From Eledone cirrhosa (taxonomy: Eukaryota), in assembly GCA_964016885.1 (NCBI GenBank), contig OZ024759.1, forward strand, positions 18,290,001 through 18,354,000: a DNA stretch of 64,000 nt, given 5' to 3'. The notes beneath the pieces were generated by a model that did not search any database, was not told where the DNA came from, and was given only the letters and a program-made list of their open reading frames with translations. Every line of letters starts with the position of its first letter. Within the stretch, counting starts at the first letter, position 1. Position numbers and translations under genes: made by a program. Of the stretch, positions 1-13,405 are shown in pieces.

Positions 1-253
1 GTTATGTAATAAATGTTTTTCCCACTTTTCTGGATTGTGATGTTTTAAATAATAATTTTGTAAGTTTATATATATACATACATATTCGGTTACTTACTTA
101 CATGTGCCAGTGTCCTGTGTTCCCCTTTCTATTCTGTATGTTCACTTCGTTTTTTCCTCTTTTGCTTTTTTTTCTTTTTTTTCTTTCTTCCTCTCTCTTC
201 ACTATCACTTCTTTCCCACATGGCGTTTTGATGGATAAAAGGCCTCGAGCAGG

Positions 254-326
254 CTATGGATCGATGTCCTGTTTTAAGTGCCGAAACATCTATGATCCAT
301 AGTAAACAGCTGACGAAGGGCAACTT
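254..326 (+). ncRNA. Candidate hammerhead ribozyme with non-circularly permuted strand order
   Basis: GATGTC^CTGTTT (263-274), AAGTGCC-GAAACATC (276-290), AAACAG-CTGACGA-AG-GGCAACTT (304-326); stems GATGT/ACATC, CTGTTT/AAACAG and TGCC/GGCA. Confidence 0.55.
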
Positions 327-377
327 TTCTTCTCTTGCTAACGTCCCTGTTACCTTCTTACACCATATATATATATA

Positions 378-820
378 TCATCATCATCATCATCATCACC
401 GTTTTACGTCCGTTCTTCCACGCTAGCATGGGTTAGACGGGTTGTCCTGTTGTGGGCAGTGTCTGGTCGGCTGACCATGCCTTGCTCATACAGGAACTGA
501 TCTGGCTTGATTTCTACAGCTGGATGCCCTTCCTAACACCAACCTCATTTACAGTGAGTGCTGGGTGCTTTTTCGTGGCGCCTACACGTCCACTTTACAG
601 TGTGGGCTGGGTGCTTTTTTGCCGTGGCACCTCCACGACCACCTTGCGGTGGGGGGAGTGGGGGCATATTGTTTATATGCTTCAGCATGTACCTATGGGA
701 GGTCGGGTACCCTGTATTACTGCGTGACGCCAGAAGTCACGGTCGTGTGTCATTGTCTTTGAGAGGTGTAGTTGGGTAAGGTCGGCTTTTATCACCTCAT
801 CCCAAGTCATCTTGGGTCTC
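378..820 (-). mobile_element. Non-autonomous retroelement with RTE-like 3' end and (GAT)n tail
   Basis: Near-identical copies at 32910-33216 and 58290-58745; ends in GAACGGACGTAAAACGG(TGA)n. Confidence 0.8.
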
Positions 821-888
<68 letters not shown>

Positions 889-1465
889 GAGTGGAGCAAG
901 CAATTATCAAACAATTCTTTAAATAAATTGAAAAACGATTTAAATAATCACCTGTTCTGTTGCTGTTACCGACGGTTTTGGAAATCCAGAGAATTTCCAA
1001 TGGAAAGAATTAGATCTTCAGACAGCTTATTTCCATACTATCATCATCATCATCATCATCATCACCGTTTTACGTCCGTTCTTCCACGCTAGCATGGGTT
1101 AGACGGGTTGTCCTGTTGTGGCCAGTGTCTGGTCGGCTGACCATGCCTTGCTCATACAGGAACTATAAGGTTGCTAATCTCACAGTAAGTCAATATTTCA
1201 CTTCCTGCCTAACACATGCGGTCAGGCCGTTAAAATGATACGCACACAAAATCATGCCACAAGTAATAACTGTTTTATTATAAACTTGTTGATCATGCCA
1301 CTAAAACTAATAGCATGATACAACGTTTTGTTCTCTACATAAGGATAAAAATCATAAAAGGGTATGGATATTCCAACAGGCACTAGGTACCTATAAAAAT
1401 ATGCATATATTATATATATATATATATATAAATCAGAATGGATGCAGTTAAAGCTAGTTAGACCA

Positions 1466-2150
1466 TTGTGTGTCTCTGTTTTGTTTTTCTCTGTGTGTAT
1501 GCCTGTGTTTTATCTATATGTCTGTATTTTGTATATGTGTATGTGTGTGTACATATGTTTTGTGCCTATGTTTTGTTTGTGTGTGTGTGTGTGTGTCTGT
1601 ATTTTGTGTGTATATGTATGTGTACATACATTTTGTGTAAACATCTGTGTTATGGTTATGTGTGTGCATGCCTGTGTTTTTGTATAGCTGTCTTTATTTT
1701 GTGTGTATATATGTGTATGTGTACATATGTTTTGTGTAAGCATCTGTATTTTGTTTGTATGTGCTTGTTCTTTTGTGTACGTGTCTGTACGTTATGTGTA
1801 TGTGTACGTATGTGTTTTTTTGTGTGTGTTTGTGTCTGTGTTATTTGTGTAAGTGTCTCTATTTTGTGTGTATACGTGTACATATGTTTTGTGTAAGCAT
1901 CTGTGTTTTGTTGATGTGTGTGTGTGCCTGTTTTTTGTGTCTACCTGTCTTTATTTTGTGTGTATATATGTGTGCGCATGTATGTTTTGTGTGCATGTGC
2001 TTGTGTTTTGTTTGTATGTGTGTGTGTACCTGTGTTCTGTGTGTGTCTGTGTATGTCTTGTTTTGTGTATGTCTGTGTCTGTGTTATTTATGTACGTGTC
2101 TCTATTTTCAGCTATATATGTGTATATGTACTTATGTTTTATGTATACAT
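1466..2150. repeat. Degenerate (TG)n-rich microsatellite/minisatellite
   Basis: TG/TA low complexity; overlapping C/V/Y-rich ORFs are artefacts. Confidence 0.9.
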
Positions 2151-2443
2151 TAGTATTTGCTGGTAGATGTTAGAAAGTTTCTAAAGCGAGAAAATAAAGC
2201 ATTTATGAGAAAATCTGTAATTTTCTGTTGGATTAGTAAATAAGATAAATATAAACATAAACAGGAGTTTCTATAATGTCTCTTGTGTTTATGATATTTA
2301 CTGCAATCTCCTATAATATAAAATTGCACATTTATTTGATAGGAATAAATTTAGTGAGTCTGGAAGCTTCAATTTACATTTCCATAATAAGTTACTATTT
2401 ACAACAGTGTGGATTTTTTCAAGTATACATATATATAGACTTT

Positions 2444-2492
<49 letters not shown>

Positions 2493-2496
<4 letters not shown>

Positions 2497-2624
2497 AACA
2501 AGTAAGACCCCGACGGCTGAGCTCATGCCATTTCGACGGCTAATTCTGGACCCACTCTACTACCCTAAGTATTGAGTACTTTGGTGCGTTATGGTCCACC
2601 TGGTTCCTTACCACATTTCCTTCG

Positions 2625-2628
<4 letters not shown>
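2493..2628. mobile_element. (TA)n-inserted short element, internally deleted copy of the family at 12858-13042 and 21331-21523
   Basis: Shares cccactctactaccctaagtattgagtact...ccttcgtta; flanked by (TA)n on both sides. Confidence 0.75.
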
Positions 2629-2669
<41 letters not shown>

Positions 2670-3085
2670 CAGGGGTGGGACAAAATAATGGAAACACCTT
2701 AAAATTTCAAACAAATTTATTTTAATATGGGGTAGGACCGCCTTTGGCAGTAATTACAGCTTGAATTCTACGAGGTATGGACTCGTACAAGGTTTGAATT
2801 GTTTCCAAAGGAATTTTTGTCCATTCTTCAGCTAAAACAGTCTCCAGTTCTTGTAGTGATGATGGCGGAGGATATTGACTCCTTACTTGTTTTTCTAAGA
2901 TGCACCATAAATGTTCATTAATATTGAGATCTGGGGACTGTGGTGGCTAGATAAGATGTTCAACTTCACTAGAATGTTCCTCATGCCATTCAGTAACAAC
3001 TTTAGCTGTGTGAATTGGTGCATTATCATCCTGAAAGAGTGTGTTTCCCTCCAGAAACAGTTCCGCAACCATAGGATTTTACATC
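2670..3085 (-). mobile_element. Tc1-family transposon 3' fragment (transposase pseudogene plus right TIR)
   Basis: Minus strand reads FQDDNAPIHTAK...I*PPQSPDLNINEHLW...IPRRIQAVITAKGGPTPY*; TA-flanked TIR CAGGGGTGGGACAAAATAATGGAAACAC. Confidence 0.9.
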
Positions 3086-3440
3086 CGCTTTTTTTTTTTT
3101 TTTTTTTTTGATGACCATGCTGTAAAATGGAGGGGTAGAGAGGGCCCTTGAGTCTAGTAAGACATCTTCTCTAGTGCTGGTGGCACAAATAAAAGCACCC
3201 AGTCCATGCTGTAAAGTGGCGCTGGTATTAGGATGGGCATCCAACCAGTGTATCAATGCCAAAACGCTTATCAGCACAGCAACAAATAGGAACAACAACA
3301 AAATATGAAGACGTCGCATCTCAGAGTTGCAACACTTATAAGACCCGTCCCACCCTTGCAAGCAGGGAAAAGCGGACGTAAAATGATGATGATGATGATT
3401 TTCCCTGCTTGCAAGGGTATATATGTGTATATATATATAT

Positions 3441-3790
3441 AAAAGGTAAACATAAATAACAACACAATCGGTACAGTATATGGAAGGTATATATTAGGTT
3501 AACGCTTGATATAGCAGGAAGAGGGTCTTAACAATTCGGACGCTAGTCCTTCATCAGAAGAAAGAATGAGAAATAAAATAGATTGAGGGGACGGGCGAGA
3601 TGGGATTGGAAAAAATGTCTTTAGATAAAAATAACAGGTCCATTCATGTTGACATCTCTTGCCAAACTGTTGGTGCTGGAGTTTTGTGTATGATTTGTTT
3701 TTTAGAAAAGTGGAAGATGGCGCGCGTCTACCTGAAATGGAAAAAAAAAACATTTTGTAAAAAGAGCTATACTTGAACACGTGCATAAGC
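3441..3790 (-). mobile_element. Penelope-like element end with mutated minimal hammerhead (3526-3561)
   Basis: Reverse-complement copy of 25965-26170; TCTT-CTGATGA-AGGAC-TAGC-GTCC-GAAT-TGTT-AAGA. Confidence 0.65.
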
Positions 3791-4181
3791 ATGAGTTTGT
3801 GTGTGTGTGTGTGTTATTATAGGTCCGTACGAAGCTAAGGAGAAATGTGTGTGTATATGTGAGTAAAACAGTGTGTGTGCATGTAAGTACGAATCTATGA
3901 GCAAAAGTATGTTAATATAAGGGTGTGTATCAGCATGTATTAGTTGTAAGAGAAGCTGCTAATGACCAAGAGAAAGTGATATGAATCTAGGGGTGTGATA
4001 ATGGACGGAGTATTAGAGAAATTGGGGAGGTGAGTTGAGTCCAGGAGGCGAATATGACACAAGACGGTGAATCAGACATTGTTCAGTTCTGATGCGCGAG
4101 GCCTGTGATCCATGATGTAAAAGGACACCCAGGACTGAAACATGTAGGGAAGAAGGTAAACAGAAATAACAACACAATCGG

Positions 4182-4222
<41 letters not shown>

Positions 4223-4778
4223 GTATATATAGATGTGTATATATATATATATGTATATATATATAGCGTCACCCAGCACTCACTGTAAATGAGGTTGGTG
4301 TTAGGAAGGGCATCCAGCTGTAGAAATGAAGCCAGAATCAGTTCCCGTCCCAGCATTGCAAGCAGGGAAAAGCGGACGTAAAATGAAATGATGAAAATGA
4401 AATGATGATATATATATATATATATGTACATATACACATGCACACATTTTGCTAAACAAAATGGCTTCTGTAGTGCCAGCTAAACCCTGAAATATGGTAC
4501 ATAATTACAAAGAGAAAAATATTTTTGTCTCTGTGTGTAAATGATACAATATGATGTCATTGTTGACAATTTCTTTTATATATTACATATTGAATTGTCT
4601 GCATAATATATATATACGTATATGTATACACAAATATATATATATATGTGTGTGTATATACATATACATATATATATATACATATATATGTACATATATA
4701 TACATACACATATATATATATATATATATATACATACACACACATATATATATATATATACACACACATATATATATA

Positions 4779-4825
<47 letters not shown>

Positions 4826-4847
4826 TATATATATATATATATATCTA

Positions 4848-5308
<461 letters not shown>

Positions 5309-6577
5309 TTTGTTTCTTTAGCTTCTCTTCAGTACAGTACTTTTTTCTTTAAAGTAATCGTATATAATAATTGCTTTAGAAGGTTGCCAATTCCAGTTAA
5401 ATTTATTCCTTATAAAAAAGAAAGTTTAAAGATATTTAATTTCTTCAACTAGGTGTTATATTTTTCCTTTTCTCTTTTTAATAAAAATTCACCCTTTAAA
5501 AGTACAATTTTTAAACATGGATATTTATTATCTTATTTTCGCACTTTTCCAAAAGCACAAGATTTTAATGAAAAATACATTTTACATCAGTGGTCTCTGT
5601 TGCGTTAAAACAGCTACAAGTGTTTGGATTACCTGTAGTTTGTATTATAGTTCGATTATCCAACACTGCAGAGAAAATGTTGTTGTTTTTTTTTTGTTGT
5701 TTTAGTTGTTGTTTTTTTGTTTTGTGTTTTTTTGCTTCTTCTCACAAATATAAATTGAATTTTAGGTTAAGTATGGAAATATTTCATTTGTATATTTATT
5801 AATTATTTTTTTTATTATTATAAAAATAACTTGTTGGAAAATTATTTATATATCTGTTAGATATTTTCTACATTAATCTTCTTTTTATCATTATTATACA
5901 TGGAGATTTTAAAAAGTAATTCAAGCAATTTAGTTTAATCTTGCACACTAAGTAGATTACTTATAGATATGTGTGAGTGTGTATGTATGTATGTATGTAT
6001 ATATATATATATATGTGTGTTTCTCTCTCTATACATATATGTGTGTGTGTGTATGTGTGTGTATATATATGTATATATATATACACACATGTATATATAA
6101 ATTATGGGTAACTTAGTATATCTCTATATATATATATTTAGCTATAGATAGGTAGATATACATATATATATTACATTGCACATCATTGTTGTTGCTTTAC
6201 CATAGGAAAAACTTATAGATTAAACAAAAATAGGTATAGTGAAACTTTAATCAAATAATCAAAGTAGTTTCTTGAGATTGAATATATTTTTGCCTATGCA
6301 CTGAAGCCCTTTCTATAAATTTCAGCATCTTGAGAGATGATAAAATCTTTGAAAGTTGCTTCTACAGCTGCTGTAGTTTCAAACACTTTATATTCTGTGT
6401 CTAGCTGAATAGTCATTAAAAGAAAGATGTCAAGAGAATAAGAATATACTGAGTGAGACAAAACTGTGATACCCAAAATATTCTGTTTTGTTTGGGGTTG
6501 TTTTATTATATTACAAAAAGGAATTTGGCCACACCTGTTGACTAAGGCCATCTCTGTTGATTATTAAGGTGACATTG

Positions 6578-6870
6578 TCATCATCATCATCATCATTTCA
6601 TGTACACTTTTCCCTGCTTGCAAGGGTGGGACGGGTCCTTTTCAGCACAGCATCTCTCCATTCATCACAGTCCTCTGTCATCTCCTCTGTGAGCTTCAGC
6701 AATCTGAGGTCAGCTCTCACCACCTCTGCCCATGATTTTCGTGGGCTTCCTCGACTGCGTCATCCTTCCACTGGGATTTCTTGTCACTTCTTTACCCAGT
6801 GGTCATCCTCTATAAGCATCACATGTCCATACCAGCGCAGTTTTCTCTCCCGCATACTACAGTTTAACAC
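6578..6870 (-). mobile_element. RTE LINE 3' fragment
   Basis: Reverse complement of the 3' part of the LINE at 33477-34410 (LRWYGHV...GRPRK-like region, same tail). Confidence 0.85.
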
Positions 6871-6894
6871 GGTCTTCTCTCCCGCACACTACAG

Positions 6895-7195
6895 ATATCT
6901 GTTGACTAAAGCCATGTCTGTTGACTAAGGCTATCTCTTTTGTTTAAGGCCATCTCAGTTGAGTAAGGCTATGTCTGTTGACTAACACCACACATCATGT
7001 TTGTTGACTAAAGTCAACATCTTTTGACTAAGGCCAGATCTGTTGACTAAGACCATCTGTATTGACTAAGGCTATGTCTGTTGGCCAATGCCACGTCTGT
7101 TGATTAAGGCTATATCTAATGATTAAGGCCATCTCTGTTGGCTACAGCAGTGCCTATAGACTACAGCATCTCTGTTGACTAAGTCCATATCTGTT
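6895..7195. repeat. Degenerate ~20-bp tandem repeat (ctgttgactaaggccatat-like)
   Basis: Recurrent gttgactaaggc; one more unit at ~6535-6570, on the other side of the RTE insertion. Confidence 0.75.
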
Positions 7196-7250
7196 GTTTC
7201 TGGTGCTGCTTTCTGTGTACCTCGACTAACAGTTTACCAGTTAACTGTAT

Positions 7251-7466
7251 TTAACTCTTTAGCATCCACATTACTTTATATTTACTATTGTATTTTCGGG
7301 GTAAAGGCTTTACCTCACATAATATCGAATGTATGATATTTTGATATTATTTATTTTGAGAACAATACCTTAACATTAGTACAAGTGGCCGGTTACAGCT
7401 AGTTTGTACAGAAAGAGGTGAGAGAATTCTAGCCAGATATGGCCAGTTTAAATGCTAAAGGGTTAA
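7251..7466. mobile_element. piggyBac-type MITE
   Basis: TTAA-CTCTTTAGCAT ... ATGCTAAAGGG-TTAA: TIR with TTAA at both ends; relative at 41111-41326. Confidence 0.7.
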
Positions 7467-8534
7467 GGCTGCAATTGTTTCTCCTGATTTCAAGAAACTA
7501 CTGAAGAATCTTCCTTCAACAGCCACCATATTATCTCCATGCACTTTTTCTGATGGAGTTCAAACTTTGGGAAATGCTTTGGTGCTTCGTTCTTCTCAAA
7601 TCACTGGGCCGAACTCTTTGTACTGTTAAAGGGAATTCACCATTCTTTTCACTTTATGAAGTGTTTGAAAAATGGATTATTTCCATACTTTACCAACACA
7701 GAGATGAATGGAGCTCATGGCATTGTGTCATTTTCTATTTGTGTGTGTGTGTGGGGGGGGGGGGGGGGTCTGTCAATTCAAGTGGAACTCATTTATCTCT
7801 TATTTTACTATTCAAATGCCCTCAAACCGCTGATAAGGGATGATTTACATTTTCCAATACCGATGGTCATGTAGGAGACACGGTAATAAGCCTCCCAGTC
7901 TATACTGTAAATGTGGTTGGTGTTAGGAAGGGCATCCAGCCGTAGAAAACCTGCCAGATACAGTCCTATACGAGCGAGACACGGTCACCAATCAATCTTG
8001 CCTCAAGTGGAACAATTCCTATCTAACCCATGCTAGCATGGAAGATAGACTTTAAACGATGATGATGATGATGATGATGATGAGTGAGGTTTTGTCACTA
8101 CAGCTTCTCCAAAGCTGTTTGTCACCGAAGGTTTGTTTACCACCTGTGTATACTTAAATCTCATCAAGGCTTTTGGCACCTTACCAAAACTTTTTGAACT
8201 ACTTCTGTACTGTACTGTACTGTACTGTACTATGTGAACACCAACAGAATCTACACTAAAGTGTGATATTGATGTTTGCTGCAGTAACAGACGCTGTTTG
8301 TAATCATAAAGGAAAAAAAAAACATGCAGAATTTGTTTTAATTCATGCTGTGTCAGGGCTTTATTGATTGAGAACTTAGAAAAGCAAATAACAAGGAATG
8401 AAGATAATTAGTTAACGAATGTGTCTGCCATCAAAGAATTTCTAGTACTGTGTACTTGCGTTACAAAGAAACCTTATTTTGTTGATTATTAACATTGTGT
8501 GAAAAAATTGTCAAAAAATTATGTACAATCTTTT

Positions 8535-8551
8535 ATACACACACACACACA

Positions 8552-8602
<51 letters not shown>

Positions 8603-8635
8603 ACACACACACACACACATACACACACACACACA

Positions 8636-8700
<65 letters not shown>
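8535..8700. repeat. (CA)n microsatellite
   Basis: Direct inspection. Confidence 0.95.
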
Positions 8701-8704
<4 letters not shown>

Positions 8705-8921
8705 GTGTGTGAGTCCTGGGTTCAGTCGAGGGTAACCACAGTAAGTAGAGTTCTCAATACATTAGTAGAGTGTATACAACAACATTTAATATAGAAGTGG
8801 CTTTTATACAGCTAGAAATCATCATAATGATTTGAAATGCAGCAATGTGAAATATAATGTCTTGCCCAAGGGCACAATACGTGAGCCCAATATTCTAATC
8901 CACCAGACCAAACACCTTCAT

Positions 8922-8970
<49 letters not shown>

Positions 8971-8973
<3 letters not shown>

Positions 8974-9660
8974 AACAAAAGATGGTTAAAAGAGTTCCAT
9001 GTATTTTATTATGCGCATTTCAAAAACAAATAGTATCATGCAATAATATTTGTGTTTTCGTCAGATAAAACAGGAAGACATGATATGAAGGTTAAAAAAC
9101 ACTTGTGGGTAGTTCAGTTTTAAATCAACATATGCATGATGATATTTGTTTTTGAAATGCGCATAATAAAATACATGGAACTCTTTTAACCATCTTTTGT
9201 TCTTATATATTATGTATACTCCAGTCCTACAAATTGTAGAGTGCTTCTTATCTGATATCTGCATTGCTTTATTGTACTACAATAAAACTCACCTCCTACA
9301 TATATATATGCATGTGTGTATATATATGTGTATATATATATATATATAATGTAGGAGGTGAGTTTTATTGTAGCACAATAAAACAATGCAAATATCGGAT
9401 AAGTAGCACTCAACAGTTTATAGGACTGGAGTATAAATTAATATAAAATCAAAAGATGGTTAAAAGAGTTCCATGTATTTTATTATGCACATTTCAGTTG
9501 ATTTAACACTTCACTGCTCGCAAGTGTTTTTTAAGCTTCAGATCATGTCTCCCTATTTTATCTGATAAGAACGCAGATATCATGCCATGATGATATTTGT
9601 TTTTGAAATGTGCATAATAAAATACATGGAACTCTTTTAACCATCTTTTCATTTTATATT
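8971..9660. mobile_element. Nested fold-back element pair around a TA tract
   Basis: Inner hairpins at 8971-9204 and 9441-9660; outer inverted arms centred on 9299-9349; partial copy at 35810-35950. Confidence 0.75.
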
Positions 9661-9817
9661 ATATATATAGGATAACAAGGTATCATTTAAGGTAATCCAG
9701 CTAGAGGTTGTGAGTACTCTGTGTTGAGGATAGTTTTAACGTACGTATTATATATACATGTGTGTGTATATATATATATATATCCATACATATATAATCT
9801 TCTTTATATATCTACAG

Positions 9818-9888
9818 GGAGATTTCACTCGAACTGGAGAACGTAAGCTGTCAGGTTTGATGAAAGATGGTGTCAATTCTGCCAACAG
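9818..9888 (+). CDS. INPP5F: Internal exon (71 nt) of Sac-domain phosphatidylinositide phosphatase SAC2/INPP5F-like gene
   Basis: tctacAG acceptor and AG|GTaaac donor; translates GDFTRTGERKLSGLMKDGVNSANR, the conserved end of the Sac catalytic region; phase-2 end matches the next exon. Confidence 0.92.
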
Positions 9889-11013
9889 GTAAACTGCATT
9901 CGTTCATTATTTTCTCCATAAATATTCTTTCAATATCACCTGATCCTAGTTAAACAATTCATTTTACTCATGTAACATTTAACATATTTCTTACCATATA
10001 CTGCCTATGAATTCTAATTAATTTATTTAGGTAATCATAAATTTGGAATATTTAGTAAAATAACTAACTAAAATTGGTTCTAAGAAAGGTTCTTAAAAAA
10101 ATGTATAATGCAAGTTTTAACCTTAACCATTTTGATATCAACCTGCTCACAACTGCTTTTACTTCTATGAAATAAACCACAGATTTTAAAGTGTTCCTTC
10201 TTAAATAAAAACCTTTCCACCATAATTTGATATGGAAACATTTTTGTTATGTTACAAATATCTTCTTAAAGAAATTATAATTCTAGTAAATACTTCCCAA
10301 ATTCTTCATTAATTAATTAGAATACAAAGAATAGGTCAATACAACAAGACTCTGATTTTCTTCATTTGAAAAAGAAGTTATACCCTCAAAATATTATGAG
10401 ATATAGGGTAAAAACTGAGTGTGTATGTATATGTGAGTGTGTGTTTATGTGTGTGTGTGAATTACATTATTCAGTTATATGTACCTATATCATTAAATGG
10501 TGTCAAATTGCTAGAGTCACTATAACCAGTCAGTGTCTCAGATCTGGTTATTGTGACAAGTCTGCTTATATCACCTTTCCACCACCAGTCAGTCATACCA
10601 CAAAGAATAACTCATAAGAATAAGATTCTCTAATTTTTATTAGAGAATCTTGTTCTTTATTTTGATAAAGAGTTTCTAAGCTCAAAATATTACGAAATAT
10701 AGGGAAAAACTATTGTTTTGTTTTGTCATTCTGACTTTACTCTTCTTTAGTTCTACCATTATATTTCTTATTTACATTGTTCCATTGTTCTCGATATCTT
10801 CTTAATTATATATCTCACAATGATTCCTTTAGAATATACATATATCTTTTTTAATAACTTCTAGAGGTGCAGGGTGAGTTGAAAATGTTGAGTACTAAAC
10901 ATATGATTTCACAGGAGATCAATGAAACATGTACCAGACTTTTTTTTAAATTCGGTTCCAGGGTTAATATGATCAACTAAAACCCTTCAATAAAGTGCCT
11001 CAGGGTGGCCACA

Positions 11014-11047
<34 letters not shown>

Positions 11048-11699
11048 CTTCTTCTTGTCATATGACATATGCACAATTGTTAGACAGACAGATCGAGACT
11101 AGTGAGCCTGACCAAGGTGTCATTTGCAGCATTATTGATTGCCTCCTAGTCTCTGGGAAAAAGTCTGAGGTGGGGGGGAATCTTGAACAACATACAGTAC
11201 TGTCTGGACAGGGTCCCCACAGTCACATCCTGGGCTCTCTTTTATTTTCCTTCGATGGAGATGGTGGGCTGTCCTGGTATGTGTTGTGTGGATCTGATTA
11301 ATGGATACCCATTGATTTCTAGAAAGGTCATTTGGTGGTAGCAAAATATACTGGCAACTCTGATATATTCATTGATGAAAATACTGTTAAGAAGAAATAT
11401 TTTCTTGGATAGAGAGGCTACCCATATTTTAATTGCATATAAACATATATGTTCATATGCCAGGTGGTGCTATTAAGTTAGACATGGCCTGGGCCAATAC
11501 TGGCCAAAACCTATCAACGTTATATGTATGTGTGTATATATATATAGGATAACAATAAATCGTTAAAGGTAATCCGATAAGTGTCTGTGAAAACTACTTA
11601 TCATGGACAGTTTAAGCGTATGGTGCTATGTGACTCAACAAGAGGTTTATGTAGGTGACGAGTTTATGACTTCACTTCTATTCCTATGTAAATATATCT

Positions 11700-12850
11700 T
11701 GGAGTAATAAAAAAGTTGAGAATAACATGGTCAACAGTACAGACAAGGAGATTTATTTACAGTCTAATAATTGCTTCCATGATAGAGTTGTCTATAAATT
11801 GCCAAACACTGGAGACAGCATAATTCATTTTAAAATACATATAACTTCAATCATTTCATCAGAAACTGTTAAGAAATACAAAATAGATGCGTAACGGTAA
11901 ACTTAAAAATTCAAATTACTACATCAATAATAGTATTAATGATAAATAAATAAAGGAAGGGGGACAGATGGAAATGAGAGAGAAAGAAAGAAAATGACGA
12001 AAGAAGGAACAAAGATATAGTTAAATGTATAACCGGCAAAGTTACGAAATCAAACTATCACATCAAAATAAATATAATATTAATAATAAAGATATAGATA
12101 GAAAGAAAGAAGGGGATATAGCACAGTCAAAGAAGAAGGATGAGTAAGTAAGATGAGAAAGAAATAGAGGAAGATTAAGAGGGAGGAGGAAGCAGAGAGG
12201 GATAAAAATTAATCATGAATACGGGATATGAAGGAAAGAGAAAATAAAATAAACAGATGGACGAATATACATTTCTAGGTAAAATAGCTAGTTTGAGATG
12301 TATTACATGATAGGATAAAATGATCGAGATAAAATATGTTTAAGTGGAGAAATGCAAAGACAAATGGTGAAAGATGTAGATATATAAGATAATAAATGAT
12401 GTAAATACAAATAATATAAAAATAATGATGTAAATACAAATGTTCTGAGGTTATTCTTTCGTAATTATAAAGTTTGTGATAATTTGATATCATAATAGGT
12501 GCTAAAGGTATAAAAAGGAATAAGGAGTAGAAAATGGAGTTAAGTTGGTCTAAAGTTCAGGAATTTTGTTGCTGATTTATGCCGGCAAAAGATAGTTCGT
12601 TCAATTCTGTTGTTAAGAAGGGTTTTACTAAAATTAAGAATTTGGAAGAGCTCCATATTACAGAGCCTACAATGGGACATACCAGTTTGATATAACTTCA
12701 AATGATTGAAGTTATATGTATTTTAAATTGAATTATGCTGTCTCCAGTGTTTAGCAATTTATAGACAACTCTATCATGGAAACAATTGTTAGACTGTAAA
12801 TAAATCTCCTTGTCTGTACTGTTGACCATGTTATTCTCCACTTTTTTATA
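11700..12850 (-). mobile_element. Penelope-like remnant bounded by ~150-bp inverted repeats carrying hammerhead parts
   Basis: 11709-11855 is the reverse complement of 12700-12848; HHR motif on minus strand at 11760-11868; weak RT-like peptide CPIVGSV...SKFLILVKPFL on minus strand near 12560-12690. Confidence 0.55.
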
Positions 12851-12857
12851 TATATAT

Positions 12858-13042
12858 ATAGGAAAATGTATGACCCCGACGGCAGACGACGGCTATTTCT
12901 GAACTCCAGAAATAGCCATTGAAACGGCTTGAGCTCTGCCGTCAGGGTCATACATTTTCCTATTACCCACTCTACTACCCTAAGTATTGAGTACTCTGGT
13001 ACGTTATGGTCCATCTGGTTCCTTACCACACCTCCTTCGTTA
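12858..13042. mobile_element. (TA)n-inserted hairpin element
   Basis: ATAGGAAAATGTATGACCC...GGGTCATACATTTTCCTAT hairpin plus conserved tail; three copies in window. Confidence 0.75.
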
Positions 13043-13186
13043 TATATATATACATATATAATCATCATCATCATCACAGTCTTACGTCCGTTCTTCCATG
13101 CTAGTATGGGTTAGACGGGTTGTCCTGTTGTGGGCAGTGTCCAGTCGGCTGACCTTGTCTTGCTCATATATATATATATATATATA

Positions 13187-13405
13187 TACGAAAGTTGCTG
13201 AAAAGTTCCTGGATTTAAGAAGCTACAGAGGCCAGGTTGGAGGCCCAACCTTCAGAGTTCTTTTTACAGGGTTTAGAAAAATTGAAGGACCACTGCAATA
13301 AATGTGTGAATCTGAGAGGGGAATCTGTTGAATAAAATTCTAATTAACTGATCCTACTGTATTTTCTTTTATCCAAAGCCAGGAACTTTTCAGCACTCCC
13401 TCATA
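13187..13405 (+). mobile_element. mariner-derived MITE
   Basis: TIRs TGCTGAAAAGTTCCTGG / CCAGGAACTTTTCAGCA with TA ends; internal remnant CNKCVNLRGESVE* resembles a mariner C-terminus. Confidence 0.75.

Noticed and set aside
4105-4150. Hammerhead-like ATGATGT...GAAACATGTA-GGGA
   Set aside because: Two core mismatches and no clean stem II; too decayed to call
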